A DNA stretch of 42,671 bases from an uncultured candidate division WWE3 bacterium (GCA_965603395.1 CBFDCV010000002.1:1-42671), one strand, 5' to 3'. Positions 7,844-16,107 are shown, counted from the stretch's first letter. Numbers and translations are program-made. The notes: generated by a model from the sequence alone, not told the origin.

Positions 7844-7919
7844 TGGTCGGGGTGACAGGACTCGAACCTGCGACCTCACGCACCCCATGCGTACGCGCTA
7901 CCAACTGCGCCACACCCCG
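7844..7919 (-). tRNA. tRNA-Pro (anticodon GGG), CCA encoded
   Basis: The reverse complement reads CGGGGTG-TG-GCGC-AGTTGGT-AGCGC ... The anticodon stem is TACGC/GCGTG with loop ATGGGGT (anticodon GGG). The T arm is GCAGG-TTCGAGT-CCTGT and the acceptor 3' strand is CACCCCG-A-CCA. Confidence 0.9.
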
Positions 7920-7992
7920 TTGCCATTAGTATTTTACACTAAAAAAAATGAAAAAAGGGGAAGTAGATATTTTATCAAACTTCCCCTCAGGG

Positions 7993-8250
7993 CTACCATC
8001 TGGTGAAAGCCCAAGCTTCAATCGATTCCAACCTTTTAGCTACATTTAAAACATTTCCCAATACCTTTCTCCGTTCAGGTCCCCTTTCCTGTACACGTAC
8101 TTTGAATGTGTGCAGCGTTCCTCTGATTTCGTTACTCTCATCTATGAGCGGTGTCTCCCCTTCATGCCTGAATATTTTCCTGATTTTTCCACGCGCTTTA
8201 CTCGCTTGAGTTTTGTTTCTACAAACCACTATGGCAATCGTATGTTTCAT
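7993..8250 (-). CDS. hypothetical basic 85-aa protein
   Basis: SD AGGAG lies 7 nt upstream of the ATG. It sits 10 nt downstream of the preceding ORF in the same orientation. No family recognised. Confidence 0.6.
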   Translation of the reverse strand: MKHTIAIVVCRNKTQASKARGKIRKIFRHEGETPLIDESNEIRGTLHTFKVRVQERGPERRKVLGNVLNVAKRLESIEAWAFTRW

Positions 8251-8260
8251 ATTATCTCTC

Positions 8261-8578
8261 CTAGTTTTGTATAAGAATGCTTTTCGGACAGTGCGGTTCT
8301 ATTACATAGCTGTGGACAGCGCCGTCTATATAAAGTTGTTCTAATGTGCCATCTAATATGTTCCAGAAAGCCATAGTGTCCACATAAACTTTGAACGTCC
8401 AGATATCAGTGCTTGGAACGTGTGTGTCGCCGAGAATTGTGGCGGGTAATCTCCATTGTTCTATATCGGACAAGTCACAGCTGCTACCCGCTAGTTTTAG
8501 GTCAGATCTAAGCCTTTTTATTACATCTTCCATTGACTGAGGGTCTGGGCAAAACACCCGACCCTTGATAGATAACAT
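8261..8578 (-). CDS. hypothetical 105-aa protein
   Basis: SD AAGGAGG lies 4 nt upstream of the ATG. It sits 10 nt downstream of the methyltransferase gene. No family recognised. Confidence 0.6.
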   Translation of the reverse strand: MLSIKGRVFCPDPQSMEDVIKRLRSDLKLAGSSCDLSDIEQWRLPATILGDTHVPSTDIWTFKVYVDTMAFWNILDGTLEQLYIDGAVHSYVIEPHCPKSILIQN

Positions 8579-8588
8579 CTCTCCTCCT

Positions 8589-9233
8589 TTACGCTATTTT
8601 TTTTGTCAAGGTTAGTTTGAATATTTCCCTTATCTTACCAAAAGATAGTTTTTTACTCCAAGTTGTTTCAATCTTCTTTAAATCCGTCTTTTTGATTTGC
8701 TGTAACGAGACATACTCAAACCCGTTAGCACAAAGGTTAGGAATTATAACATTTTCTATATAGTCTTTTGAAAGAGGCGGCAGCTCCAGCCTTTCAATTT
8801 CAGATGGTTCGAATTCTTGGTAATAGCCGAATATTATTTCAAGCTCACCTCCGGTTTTCAGTAAACTGCAAAGTTTTTTAGCATTTTCTCTTGAAGGCAA
8901 GACAACATTTTTTAGAAGTGTGCCCCAAGGCAGTAGTATAAACACCTTATTAGCCGTGTTAATAAGTTCTTTAGGAAGAAGTTCTATAGAACCTAAACAA
9001 AAAATTACGTTAGGTAACTTTTTACGAACTGATTTTATTGAATAATTTTTAAGTTGCTTTTCACTAGGATCAATACCTATATAAAAGAAATCAGGATTAT
9101 CTACAGCACTTTTATACACAAACCTGCCATCGCCAGTTCCCAGATCAATAATGGTTTTGTCATAACATTTTGTTAAACCCAGCAGCTCTTCTTTGCTTAA
9201 TTCAATATTTTTATTTCCTAACACAGTTTTCAC
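8589..9233 (-). CDS. 16S rRNA (adenine1408-N1)-methyltransferase, NpmA/KamB family
   Basis: GTG start. The protein aligns colinearly with NpmA as I remember it: LSKEEL, IIDLGTGDGRFVYKSA (SAM motif I), FYIGIDP, ILLPWGTLL, LPPLSKDY and WSKKLSFG. At 214 aa the length also fits the family (~215-220 aa). Confidence 0.75.
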   Translation of the reverse strand: MKTVLGNKNIELSKEELLGLTKCYDKTIIDLGTGDGRFVYKSAVDNPDFFYIGIDPSEKQLKNYSIKSVRKKLPNVIFCLGSIELLPKELINTANKVFILLPWGTLLKNVVLPSRENAKKLCSLLKTGGELEIIFGYYQEFEPSEIERLELPPLSKDYIENVIIPNLCANGFEYVSLQQIKKTDLKKIETTWSKKLSFGKIREIFKLTLTKKIA

Positions 9234-9239
9234 CCTATA

Positions 9240-9245
9240 ATGATA
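9240..9245 (-). promoter_or_regulatory. -10-like box 6 nt upstream of the GTG start of 8589..9233
   Basis: On the minus strand TATCAT is followed by 6 nt (TATAGG) and then GTG (9233-9231). There is no SD. Confidence 0.3.
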
Positions 9246-9256
9246 AGATAAAGCCG

Positions 9257-10075
9257 ATGAAAATACTACCTATATGGCAGCCTGTTGGTTTTTCTACACA
9301 CTTAATTTCTCAAAGAGTGGGAGAATTTTATGGAGTGAAAACTTCCCATACGGGAACTTTGGATCCCATGGCAGAGGGGGTAATAATAGTTTTGTTAGGG
9401 GAGGAGCGTTTAAAAAAGTATGAACACGCAAAATGGCTTAAAAATTACGAATTTTACATAATATTTAGTATTTCAACTGATTCATACGACACGTTAGGTC
9501 TTGCTACAAGTGTTTTTCAACCTATAAATATTGAGGAAAAAGAACTTAAAAGTACTTTATGTACTTTTATTGGTGACTACAAACAAAAAGTACCACCACT
9601 ATCCACAATAAAAATTAAAGGCAAACATTTACACGAATATTTCCATTCCGAAGAAAAAGTAAATTTACCGGAAAAACAAGGAAAAATATACAACCTCAAA
9701 CTAAAAAGCCTAAAAAGTATGAAATCCAAGGATTTAGTTGAAAATATTACTGAAAATATATCTCTCGTTACGGGAGATTTCAGACAAAATGAAATTGCTA
9801 ATCAGTGGAAAGCCTTTTTGAAAAACAAAAACATACCGGACTCGATTACAATAGCAAAACTAGAAGCAAAAACATCAAAAGGTATTTATATAAGATCTCT
9901 TACTCAAGATATAGCTAAAAAAATGGGTACTATAGGGATTGCCCATGGAATTATTCGTACAAAAAATGGAAAATATGGCAAAAAAGAGTGTAAAATCTTA
10001 GAAGAAATATTTGGAAAAAATTACCAAAAAGTGTATGATTTCAACTCCAAGTACAGATTTACTGTGGTAAAATGA
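9257..10075 (+). CDS. truB: tRNA pseudouridine(55) synthase TruB
   Basis: HTGTLDPMAEGVIIVLLGE contains the catalytic-Asp motif. I chose ATG 9257 (MKILPIWQPVGFSTH) because the longer track ORF (from 9170) overlaps the divergent methyltransferase gene. Confidence 0.85.
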   Translation: MKILPIWQPVGFSTHLISQRVGEFYGVKTSHTGTLDPMAEGVIIVLLGEERLKKYEHAKWLKNYEFYIIFSISTDSYDTLGLATSVFQPINIEEKELKSTLCTFIGDYKQKVPPLSTIKIKGKHLHEYFHSEEKVNLPEKQGKIYNLKLKSLKSMKSKDLVENITENISLVTGDFRQNEIANQWKAFLKNKNIPDSITIAKLEAKTSKGIYIRSLTQDIAKKMGTIGIAHGIIRTKNGKYGKKECKILEEIFGKNYQKVYDFNSKYRFTVVK

Positions 10076-10085
10076 CAATTGCTTT

Positions 10086-10448
10086 ATGTCAACAGAAAAA
10101 ATAGCAAACAGATTAAAAATAATAAAAGATATCAGCGATGAAATAAAAAAGGTCAGAGCTCTTTATACAGAGGATTTGGAGCAGGATCAGTCGTATATTG
10201 AGTTACAGGAAGAAAAGAAAAAAATTAGGGAAGAAAGTAGAACACACAGGCTAAGATCCTTAAATAATCCCACATTTAGTGAGTACGAGTTGCACCTAAA
10301 GGAATTAAAGGAAGACATGAAGGAAAATAAAGAGATATTGGCGCAAGAAATTGCTGATTATTACAAGGAATCGGGAAAAATGGAGATAACCGATGAGGAG
10401 GGACACACTAGAAGGATAGTGTTTTCCGTGAAGTTGGTGAGGGGGTAG
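10086..10448 (+). CDS. hypothetical charged coiled-coil protein
   Basis: 120-aa ORF rich in E and K, sitting 10 nt after truB. No family recognised. Confidence 0.55.
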   Translation: MSTEKIANRLKIIKDISDEIKKVRALYTEDLEQDQSYIELQEEKKKIREESRTHRLRSLNNPTFSEYELHLKELKEDMKENKEILAQEIADYYKESGKMEITDEEGHTRRIVFSVKLVRG

Positions 10449-10487
10449 CAATAGAAAATATAAAAAATTTATGAGAAAATTGGCATT

Positions 10488-10613
10488 ATGGCAAGGACTA
10501 AAGCACACGATCATATAAAATCGGTAAAAAGAAAATTAACTAAGAAGAAAAAACACGCTCAAGCTAATCGTATTAGAAGAAAAGCCAGGCAGAAAATAAA
10601 ACGTGTTTGCTAA
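10488..10613 (+). CDS. possible 41-aa highly basic peptide (below ORF-track cutoff)
   Basis: ATG 10488 to TAA 10611-10613 encodes MARTKAHDHIKSVKRKLTKKKKHAQANRIRRKARQKIKRVC. About half of the residues are K, R or H, which is ribosomal-protein-like in composition. It fills an otherwise empty 205-nt gap. There is no clear SD. Confidence 0.35.
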   Translation: MARTKAHDHIKSVKRKLTKKKKHAQANRIRRKARQKIKRVC

Positions 10614-10653
10614 AAAGTGCCGGAATGTAAGTGATTTTAATAATTAATTACAC

Positions 10654-11442
10654 ATGACTATAGACGAACAATTTAATTCTATTCCTAAAGACCAGTTTCC
10701 AAACCACATAGCCCTTATTCCTAATGGGAATAGAACCTGGGCTAAGTTAAAAGGATTGACTGCTATTGACGGTCACAACGAAGGTGTTGAGGTGCTTATT
10801 AAGTTTTCCAGAATAATTAGAAAATGGGGTATACATACAGCTACTGTTTGGGGAAGTTCCACCGAAAATCTTGTAAGAAGAGACCCTAAAGAGGTGGCAA
10901 ACTTATTTAAATTATTAAACTACGTACTTGATACTACGGGAGAAGAAGCTGATGAGGATGGTGTTAGGTTGATCCACATTGGTAACAAGAAAAGATTGCC
11001 AAAAGAATTAGTAAAAAAGATCAAGGATTGGGAAGAAAAGACTAAAGATAACAAAAACCACGTAGCTAATATTGCTTTTGCCTATGGTGGCCACGACGAA
11101 CTATTTAGAGGTATGAAAAAAGCATTTGAGGATATACAGGCCGGTAACATTACTTTTGAGGATTTAATGGAAGTTACAGGTATGTACCACAATAAATACC
11201 CCTATCATAGATTTAAAGATTACTTGGATACTAAAGATCAGCTGTACCCCTATCCGGATCTGATTCTCAGGACTGCCGGTGAGAACAGATTAAGCGGTTT
11301 TATGCCTTGGCAGGGTGTCTATTCAGAGTATTATTCCACTACAAAGTTAATGCCCGAGATGACAGAAGAAGAATACAAGAAAGCTATAATTGCTTATGCT
11401 AATAGGGATAGATCGTTTGGTGGGAACAAAACAAAGAAATAG
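10654..11442 (+). CDS. uppS: isoprenyl transferase (undecaprenyl-diphosphate synthase family)
   Basis: HIALIPNGNRTWA, WGSSTENLVRR and ILRTAGENRLSGFMPWQ ... DRSFGG are classic cis-prenyltransferase motifs. Confidence 0.9.
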   Translation: MTIDEQFNSIPKDQFPNHIALIPNGNRTWAKLKGLTAIDGHNEGVEVLIKFSRIIRKWGIHTATVWGSSTENLVRRDPKEVANLFKLLNYVLDTTGEEADEDGVRLIHIGNKKRLPKELVKKIKDWEEKTKDNKNHVANIAFAYGGHDELFRGMKKAFEDIQAGNITFEDLMEVTGMYHNKYPYHRFKDYLDTKDQLYPYPDLILRTAGENRLSGFMPWQGVYSEYYSTTKLMPEMTEEEYKKAIIAYANRDRSFGGNKTKK

Positions 11443-11443
11443 A

Positions 11444-11890
11444 CTATTCTTCCAGAGTACTATCTAAGTAGGCCTCCTCCACCATTTCCAAATTTAGTTT
11501 GTTTAACTCTATAATCTTTGCTTTAGGATCGAATTTTTCTGATTCTAGTGGAAGCATTTCCTCTGGTGTTTCAGTGACCACTTCAGTTGTTTCTACCTGT
11601 ACAGGAGCTATGGTAGATTTGTCCTTCATTCTCAAAGCGAAAACTAAACTCACTATAGAAATTACACCAAAAACTATTGTAACAGTGATCAGGAAAATCA
11701 TTTTATTGTGAGGCTGTGTGTGCATTTTAGTTACCGGCACAGTAGGTGCAGGCTTTTTCGGTTGTGGCGACTGCGCGGGCTGTGGTGATTGTGCCGGTTG
11801 CTGCGGTTGCGCGGGCTGTGGTGATTGTGCGGGTTGTACTGGCGGGTTGGATGGGATATTCATATTTACATTTGCATTTTCATTATTCAT
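11444..11890 (-). CDS. Pro/Gln-repeat single-pass membrane protein, hypothetical
   Basis: N-terminal PVQPAQSPQPAQPQQPAQSPQPAQSPQP repeats, one TM helix (MIFLITVTIVFGVISIVSLVFAL) and an acidic tail. Its start overlaps the upstream gene by 8 nt. Confidence 0.65.
   Translation of the reverse strand: MNNENANVNMNIPSNPPVQPAQSPQPAQPQQPAQSPQPAQSPQPKKPAPTVPVTKMHTQPHNKMIFLITVTIVFGVISIVSLVFALRMKDKSTIAPVQVETTEVVTETPEEMLPLESEKFDPKAKIIELNKLNLEMVEEAYLDSTLEE
11773..11836. repeat. 36-bp-period tandem direct repeat (G+C-rich) inside the PQ-repeat gene
   Basis: GCGCGGGCTGTGGTGATTGTGCCGGTTG (11773-11800) recurs at 11809-11836 with one mismatch. This encodes the PAQSPQ repeats on the minus strand. Confidence 0.8.
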
Positions 11891-12383
11891 TTTCTACATC
11901 CTCCAAAGATAATATGTTTTGCCTGATATCTTCCTGATACAGCTGTGTGATGTCCATGGCGCTTTTTCTTACGTCTCCTAATGCTTCTTTAGCCCCCACA
12001 AAGTCTTTAGCATAAATCTCTTCTTTTCCACAAGCACTTTTATCTGCTTTTTCTAGTGCATCAATGAAATCTTCATAGTTTTCTTCGAAGACTTCAATAA
12101 AATCCTCAAGTTCATCCAAGTTTTTGTATATTTCATCAACCTCGTACCCCAAAACCTCCGCTTTTTTAGCAAAAGCAGCTAGTTTAAGGTATAAAATTTG
12201 ATAGGTGAGGGCGTGCTCAGGTTTATTGGCTTGATAAGTTTGGATTTTTTCCTGTATCTTTTCTTGAACTACCACACAAGAAGCAGCTTCAGTTTCAGGT
12301 TTTTCTTCAGTCTGCGCTGATACAACCAAAAAAGTTGGTAGCATCATTAAGCCTAGTATTAGGGCAATAAACTTAGCTTTCAT
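11883..12383 (-). CDS. secreted hypothetical protein
   Basis: Signal-peptide-like N-terminus (MKAKFIALILGLMMLPTFLVVSAQ), followed by an acidic helical protein. Confidence 0.65.
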   Translation of the reverse strand: MKAKFIALILGLMMLPTFLVVSAQTEEKPETEAASCVVVQEKIQEKIQTYQANKPEHALTYQILYLKLAAFAKKAEVLGYEVDEIYKNLDELEDFIEVFEENYEDFIDALEKADKSACGKEEIYAKDFVGAKEALGDVRKSAMDITQLYQEDIRQNILSLEDVENE

Positions 12384-12416
12384 ACAAGTACAGTATATCT
12401 TAAATTATTGCGTGTG

Positions 12417-12422
12417 TATAAT
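12417..12422 (+). promoter_or_regulatory. -10 box placed for a leaderless transcript of the ROK kinase gene
   Basis: An exact TATAAT is followed by 7 nt and then ATG 12430. There is no SD. Confidence 0.4.
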
Positions 12423-12429
12423 AAATATT

Positions 12430-13278
12430 ATGTACATTTCCATTGATTTAGGGGGTACAAACACCCGCATAGCATCGTCCAAAGATTTGGGGAAAATTTT
12501 AAAAGTAGAGAGAGTAAAAACTGAGCAAAACGTAGCTTTAGAGAGAAAAATCATCATCTCAGCCGTAGAAAAATTGTGTAAGGAAGAAAAAATTGATGGT
12601 ATTTGCGTGGGAGTTCCGGGGTTTGTGAATAAAAAAGACAAAAAGTTCGAAAAAATCGTGAATGTCCCGTCACTTAGCGGACTTTCCTATGAAGATCTGT
12701 TCGGTGACCTGGTAAATCCGGATTTGGTTATTGCACAAAACGATGCCACCTTAGCCGGTTTGGGGGAAGCAGTTGTAGGGGCTGGGCAGGATTATGAGGT
12801 AGTAGTTTATCTCACATTGAGTACAGGTGTAGGAGGGGTAAGAATTGCAGGTAAAAAAATCGATCCTACTCAAAATTTTTCCGAACCCGGACATATGAGA
12901 GTTCAAGAGAATGGTTTGGTATGCCCTCATTGTCATCAGAAAGGGTGTATATCAGCCTATATTTCAGGAGCGGCCTTTGAAGATGTTTATAAAGTAAGAC
13001 CATCTAAGTGTGAAGATAGAGAGGTTTGGGGGGAGTATGCCAAAAAATTAACATACCTAATTATTAACGTTTTAGCTACATGGGCTCCTGACGCAATTAT
13101 TTTAGGAGGAAGCATTTCAAACAAATTCGAACAATATTTTAAAGAACCATTATTTGATAATTTATCCAAACAGAATTTTTTTACTATTCCTCCTATACTG
13201 AAATCAAAGCTTGACGACAACTCAGGATTATATGGGGGTTTAATATTGTTAAACCAAGTTTTCGGATCTAATACATGA
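12430..13278 (+). CDS. ROK-family sugar kinase (glucokinase-like)
   Basis: ISIDLGGTNTRIA (ATP-binding motif), NDATLAGLGEA and the ROK zinc motif CPHCHQKGCISAYISGAA. I prefer ATG 12430 over GTG 12412. Confidence 0.8.
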   Translation: MYISIDLGGTNTRIASSKDLGKILKVERVKTEQNVALERKIIISAVEKLCKEEKIDGICVGVPGFVNKKDKKFEKIVNVPSLSGLSYEDLFGDLVNPDLVIAQNDATLAGLGEAVVGAGQDYEVVVYLTLSTGVGGVRIAGKKIDPTQNFSEPGHMRVQENGLVCPHCHQKGCISAYISGAAFEDVYKVRPSKCEDREVWGEYAKKLTYLIINVLATWAPDAIILGGSISNKFEQYFKEPLFDNLSKQNFFTIPPILKSKLDDNSGLYGGLILLNQVFGSNT

Positions 13279-14270
13279 GAAATTTATTACCGATTGTTTT
13301 AATAGCTTTTGTTGTATGTGCCGGAGTGGCTTTTTTGATCATAAAATACCCCATCTCTACAGAACGGTCTGCAGAATTACAAAAGTTTTTAACCGGACCT
13401 CCTCCTACCATAGAAATAACCAAAGATTATGAGGGCGCTAAAATAGATCCTGTGAAATTATTGCGGGGATGTCCTGTCAAAGATTGTATTCCCTCCATCG
13501 ATGAGCCTGAGTTTGAATCACTGGCTGAAGCAAACGAGTGGTTGAACGATGACGATAGGGTGTTTGGTTTGGTTTATAAAGGAGTAGAAAGAGCCTATCC
13601 GCAAAGGATACTTAATTGGCACGAAATAGTTAATGATGAAGTAGCCGGGGATCCCGTAGCCGTAACTTTTTGCCCTCTTTGCGGTACAGCCGTGGCTTTT
13701 ATTAGGGAAGTGGATGGAAAAAAGGCAGAATTTGGAGTTTCAGGCTATTTATACAACAGTGATCTGATCATGTACGATCGCGTTGAAGGAAATTTATGGC
13801 AACAAATTACTTTAGAAGCCATTATTGGTCCTGCCGCCCGAAGAGATGAATTTTTGCAATGGGTTGGGGTTTCCACTACTGATTGGAAAGCCTGGAAAAC
13901 TCAGCACCCGAATACGGATGTATTGTCAAAACCAAGTAACTTTAAACGGGATTATGATCGCTATCCTTATGGTAGTTACGAAGAAAACAGTGAAGTAAGA
14001 TTTGGGGCCAAGCACGCAGACAAAAGACTTCATTCTAAAGATATAGTATATGGAGTAGTAGTAGGTGAGATGGCAAAAGCTTATCCGCTTGCAAAGCTTG
14101 AACTGCAACCGGTAATCGAAGACGTTATTGGAACTACCACAGTAGCTGTGAGTTATGAATCGGATGGTACAGTGGTTATTATCGACAAAAGCACACAAGA
14201 AGAGTTTGTTGTACAACGGTCTTTTTGGTTTGCTTGGGCTGTATTTCACCCCGCTACAGACCTTTATTAA
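13275..14270 (+). CDS. DUF3179-domain protein, membrane-anchored
   Basis: ATGA overlap with the upstream stop. N-terminal TM helix. DCIPSIDEPEF, RAYPQRILNWHEIVND, FCPLCGT and GVSGYLYNSDLIMYDR match DUF3179 hallmarks. Confidence 0.7.
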   Translation: MRNLLPIVLIAFVVCAGVAFLIIKYPISTERSAELQKFLTGPPPTIEITKDYEGAKIDPVKLLRGCPVKDCIPSIDEPEFESLAEANEWLNDDDRVFGLVYKGVERAYPQRILNWHEIVNDEVAGDPVAVTFCPLCGTAVAFIREVDGKKAEFGVSGYLYNSDLIMYDRVEGNLWQQITLEAIIGPAARRDEFLQWVGVSTTDWKAWKTQHPNTDVLSKPSNFKRDYDRYPYGSYEENSEVRFGAKHADKRLHSKDIVYGVVVGEMAKAYPLAKLELQPVIEDVIGTTTVAVSYESDGTVVIIDKSTQEEFVVQRSFWFAWAVFHPATDLY

Positions 14271-14303
14271 CAAATCCCTTACAATGGTAAAATCTGGTTT
14301 GAG

Positions 14304-15392
14304 ATGGACAACATAGTTATAAAAAACAAAAAATACAAACTCCCGATTTTTTTACCTGATGCTACTAGAGGAGTTACAAAAGGAGTTGATTCGATTGACT
14401 TGGTGGGTGCCGGAATAGAGGGGGTGGTTGTAAATACATATCACTTGATGAGTTCCCCCGGTGTAAAAACACTAGAAAAATTAGGCGGCATCAAAGGATT
14501 TATGAACCTTGATGAATTGGTAGTATCAGATAGTGGTGGTTGGCAGGTTTTTTCATTAATACACAAAAGCAAAAAGAAAGGAAAAATTACAGATCTAGGT
14601 GTTACTTTTTCTATTGGCAAAGGCAAAAATCGAATTTTTACGCCTGAAAAATCCATTCAGGTCCAATTTTCCATAGGTTCTGACATCCTGATCTGTTTAG
14701 ATGATTTCACTCCTCCTGATGCCACGAGGGAACAAGCAGAAGAGACAGTTAGAAGGACAATAAAATGGGCGGAAGAGTCAAAAAAAGAGTATCGAAAAAT
14801 TATTACCGACACTAAATTAACAAATAGGAATAGACCACATATTTATGCTGTTGTTCAGGGAGGTTACTATAAAGATTTGAGGAAAAAATGCGCAGAAGAA
14901 TTAATAAAAATCGGTTTTGACGGGTATGGTTACGGGGGTTATGTGATCGATGATAAAGGGAAGCTGGATCTAAGGCTATCCCATTACATAAGTAAACTTT
15001 TGCCGGAAGATAAGCCTAAGTTTGCTTTAGGCATAGGAAGACCCTTAGACATTGTAAAATTATCTGCCATGGGGTGGGATATCTTTGACTGTACGCTACC
15101 TACCCGGGACGCTAGGCATAAAAGGTTATACACATTTAAGAGAAAACCGAAAAATTACAAAGAGCTAGATAGCCCCAGAACATTTGGTTATATATACATA
15201 AACAAGAAAATTTTTGAAGAAGATGAAAATCCTATAGATAAAAATTGCAATTGTCACACCTGCAAAAATTTTTCTAGAGCTTATTTAAGACATCTATTTA
15301 AAATTAATGATACTCTTGCCTACAAACTTGCCACTATTCATAATCTAAAAATTTACGCGCAGACCATACAGTACATAAGAGACTTTAATTGA
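14304..15392 (+). CDS. tgt: tRNA-guanine transglycosylase
   Basis: SDSGGWQV, GSDILICLDD, WDIFDCTLPTRDARH and the Zn site CNCHTCKNFSRAYLRHL...IHNL. The usual GGLxVGE segment reads GYGGYVIDD. Confidence 0.85.
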   Translation: MDNIVIKNKKYKLPIFLPDATRGVTKGVDSIDLVGAGIEGVVVNTYHLMSSPGVKTLEKLGGIKGFMNLDELVVSDSGGWQVFSLIHKSKKKGKITDLGVTFSIGKGKNRIFTPEKSIQVQFSIGSDILICLDDFTPPDATREQAEETVRRTIKWAEESKKEYRKIITDTKLTNRNRPHIYAVVQGGYYKDLRKKCAEELIKIGFDGYGYGGYVIDDKGKLDLRLSHYISKLLPEDKPKFALGIGRPLDIVKLSAMGWDIFDCTLPTRDARHKRLYTFKRKPKNYKELDSPRTFGYIYINKKIFEEDENPIDKNCNCHTCKNFSRAYLRHLFKINDTLAYKLATIHNLKIYAQTIQYIRDFN

Positions 15393-15423
15393 CATAAGGC
15401 CTATAAATTTTTATGCTTATGAT

Positions 15424-16107
15424 ATGAAGGTAGTGGAACTAAACTCACCATCAGAACATATAGAAAGAGTGATCAATATTTTGTCCGACATGGGTGGTAA
15501 AGATTATTTACTGGCTCTTTCAGGTGAAGTGGCCACTAAACAGCTTTATAACCATCTTTCTTTTAGTTTTGTATACCCCTTTCCGCTGGATGTGGTTTTA
15601 ACAGATGAAAGATGGGGTGAATTTAGCCAGCACAGTGATAGCGTTGAGCTTATAATAAAAAATACAGGCCTGATGGGAAGAATTAGATGGGAAAAATCTA
15701 ATTTTCACCCCATACTAAGCCCAAAACCCACATATCCAAAAGTTGAAGCCGGTGGTTACGAGTTGGAGTTGCTAAAGCTGTTCGAAGCTTACCAAAAAAA
15801 GGTCGTAGCTGTAATGAGCTTGGGTGTTGACGGTAGTATTGCCGGTATATTACCGGAATGCGGAGCCGTAAAATCGGAAAAATATGTGATTGCTTATGAT
15901 AGTGATGATCAATATAAACAAAGGATCACAGTTACGGTGAAATGCATCACGGAAAATTTTTCCAGGACAGTTTTGCTAGTAGATACAGATGAAAAATGTG
16001 GAGTTTTCAATAAGATCATGAAGTTTGAGTCAGATATGGATAAGTATCCGGTCCTAGCCTTAAAAAATCTTAAAGATACAACCGTTTTTTGTTACTCGGA
16101 GAGATAA
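15424..16107 (+). CDS. 6-phosphogluconolactonase / glucosamine-6-P isomerase family protein
   Basis: LALSGEVATKQLYNHL ... VVLTDERW follows the SGGstp...DER pattern of the family. Divergent otherwise. Confidence 0.5.
   Translation: MKVVELNSPSEHIERVINILSDMGGKDYLLALSGEVATKQLYNHLSFSFVYPFPLDVVLTDERWGEFSQHSDSVELIIKNTGLMGRIRWEKSNFHPILSPKPTYPKVEAGGYELELLKLFEAYQKKVVAVMSLGVDGSIAGILPECGAVKSEKYVIAYDSDDQYKQRITVTVKCITENFSRTVLLVDTDEKCGVFNKIMKFESDMDKYPVLALKNLKDTTVFCYSER

Noticed and set aside
9170-9256. N-terminal extension of truB in the ORF track
   Set aside because: The extension overlaps the divergent methyltransferase coding region and has no TruB-like sequence. The homologous region begins at Met 9257.
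11718-11937. Two plus-strand ORFs encoding Cys/Gly/Ala repeats (CGDCAGCGDCAGCCGCAGC...) that look like a Cys-rich peptide
   Set aside because: They are the mirror image of the PQ-repeat tract. Reverse-complemented CCG, CAG and GCC codons give C, G and A. The minus-strand gene has a TM helix, a sensible domain layout and start-stop coupling to its upstream neighbour, whereas the plus-strand ORFs have none of these.
14304-15392. Possibility that the tgt homologue is a DpdA-like DNA-modifying paralogue, because GGLxVGE is replaced by GYGGYVIDD
   Set aside because: The overall colinearity with bacterial Tgt, the intact catalytic Asp motifs and the Zn site argue against it. There are also no dpd or queuosine-DNA genes nearby, which makes ordinary tRNA-guanine transglycosylase the simpler reading.
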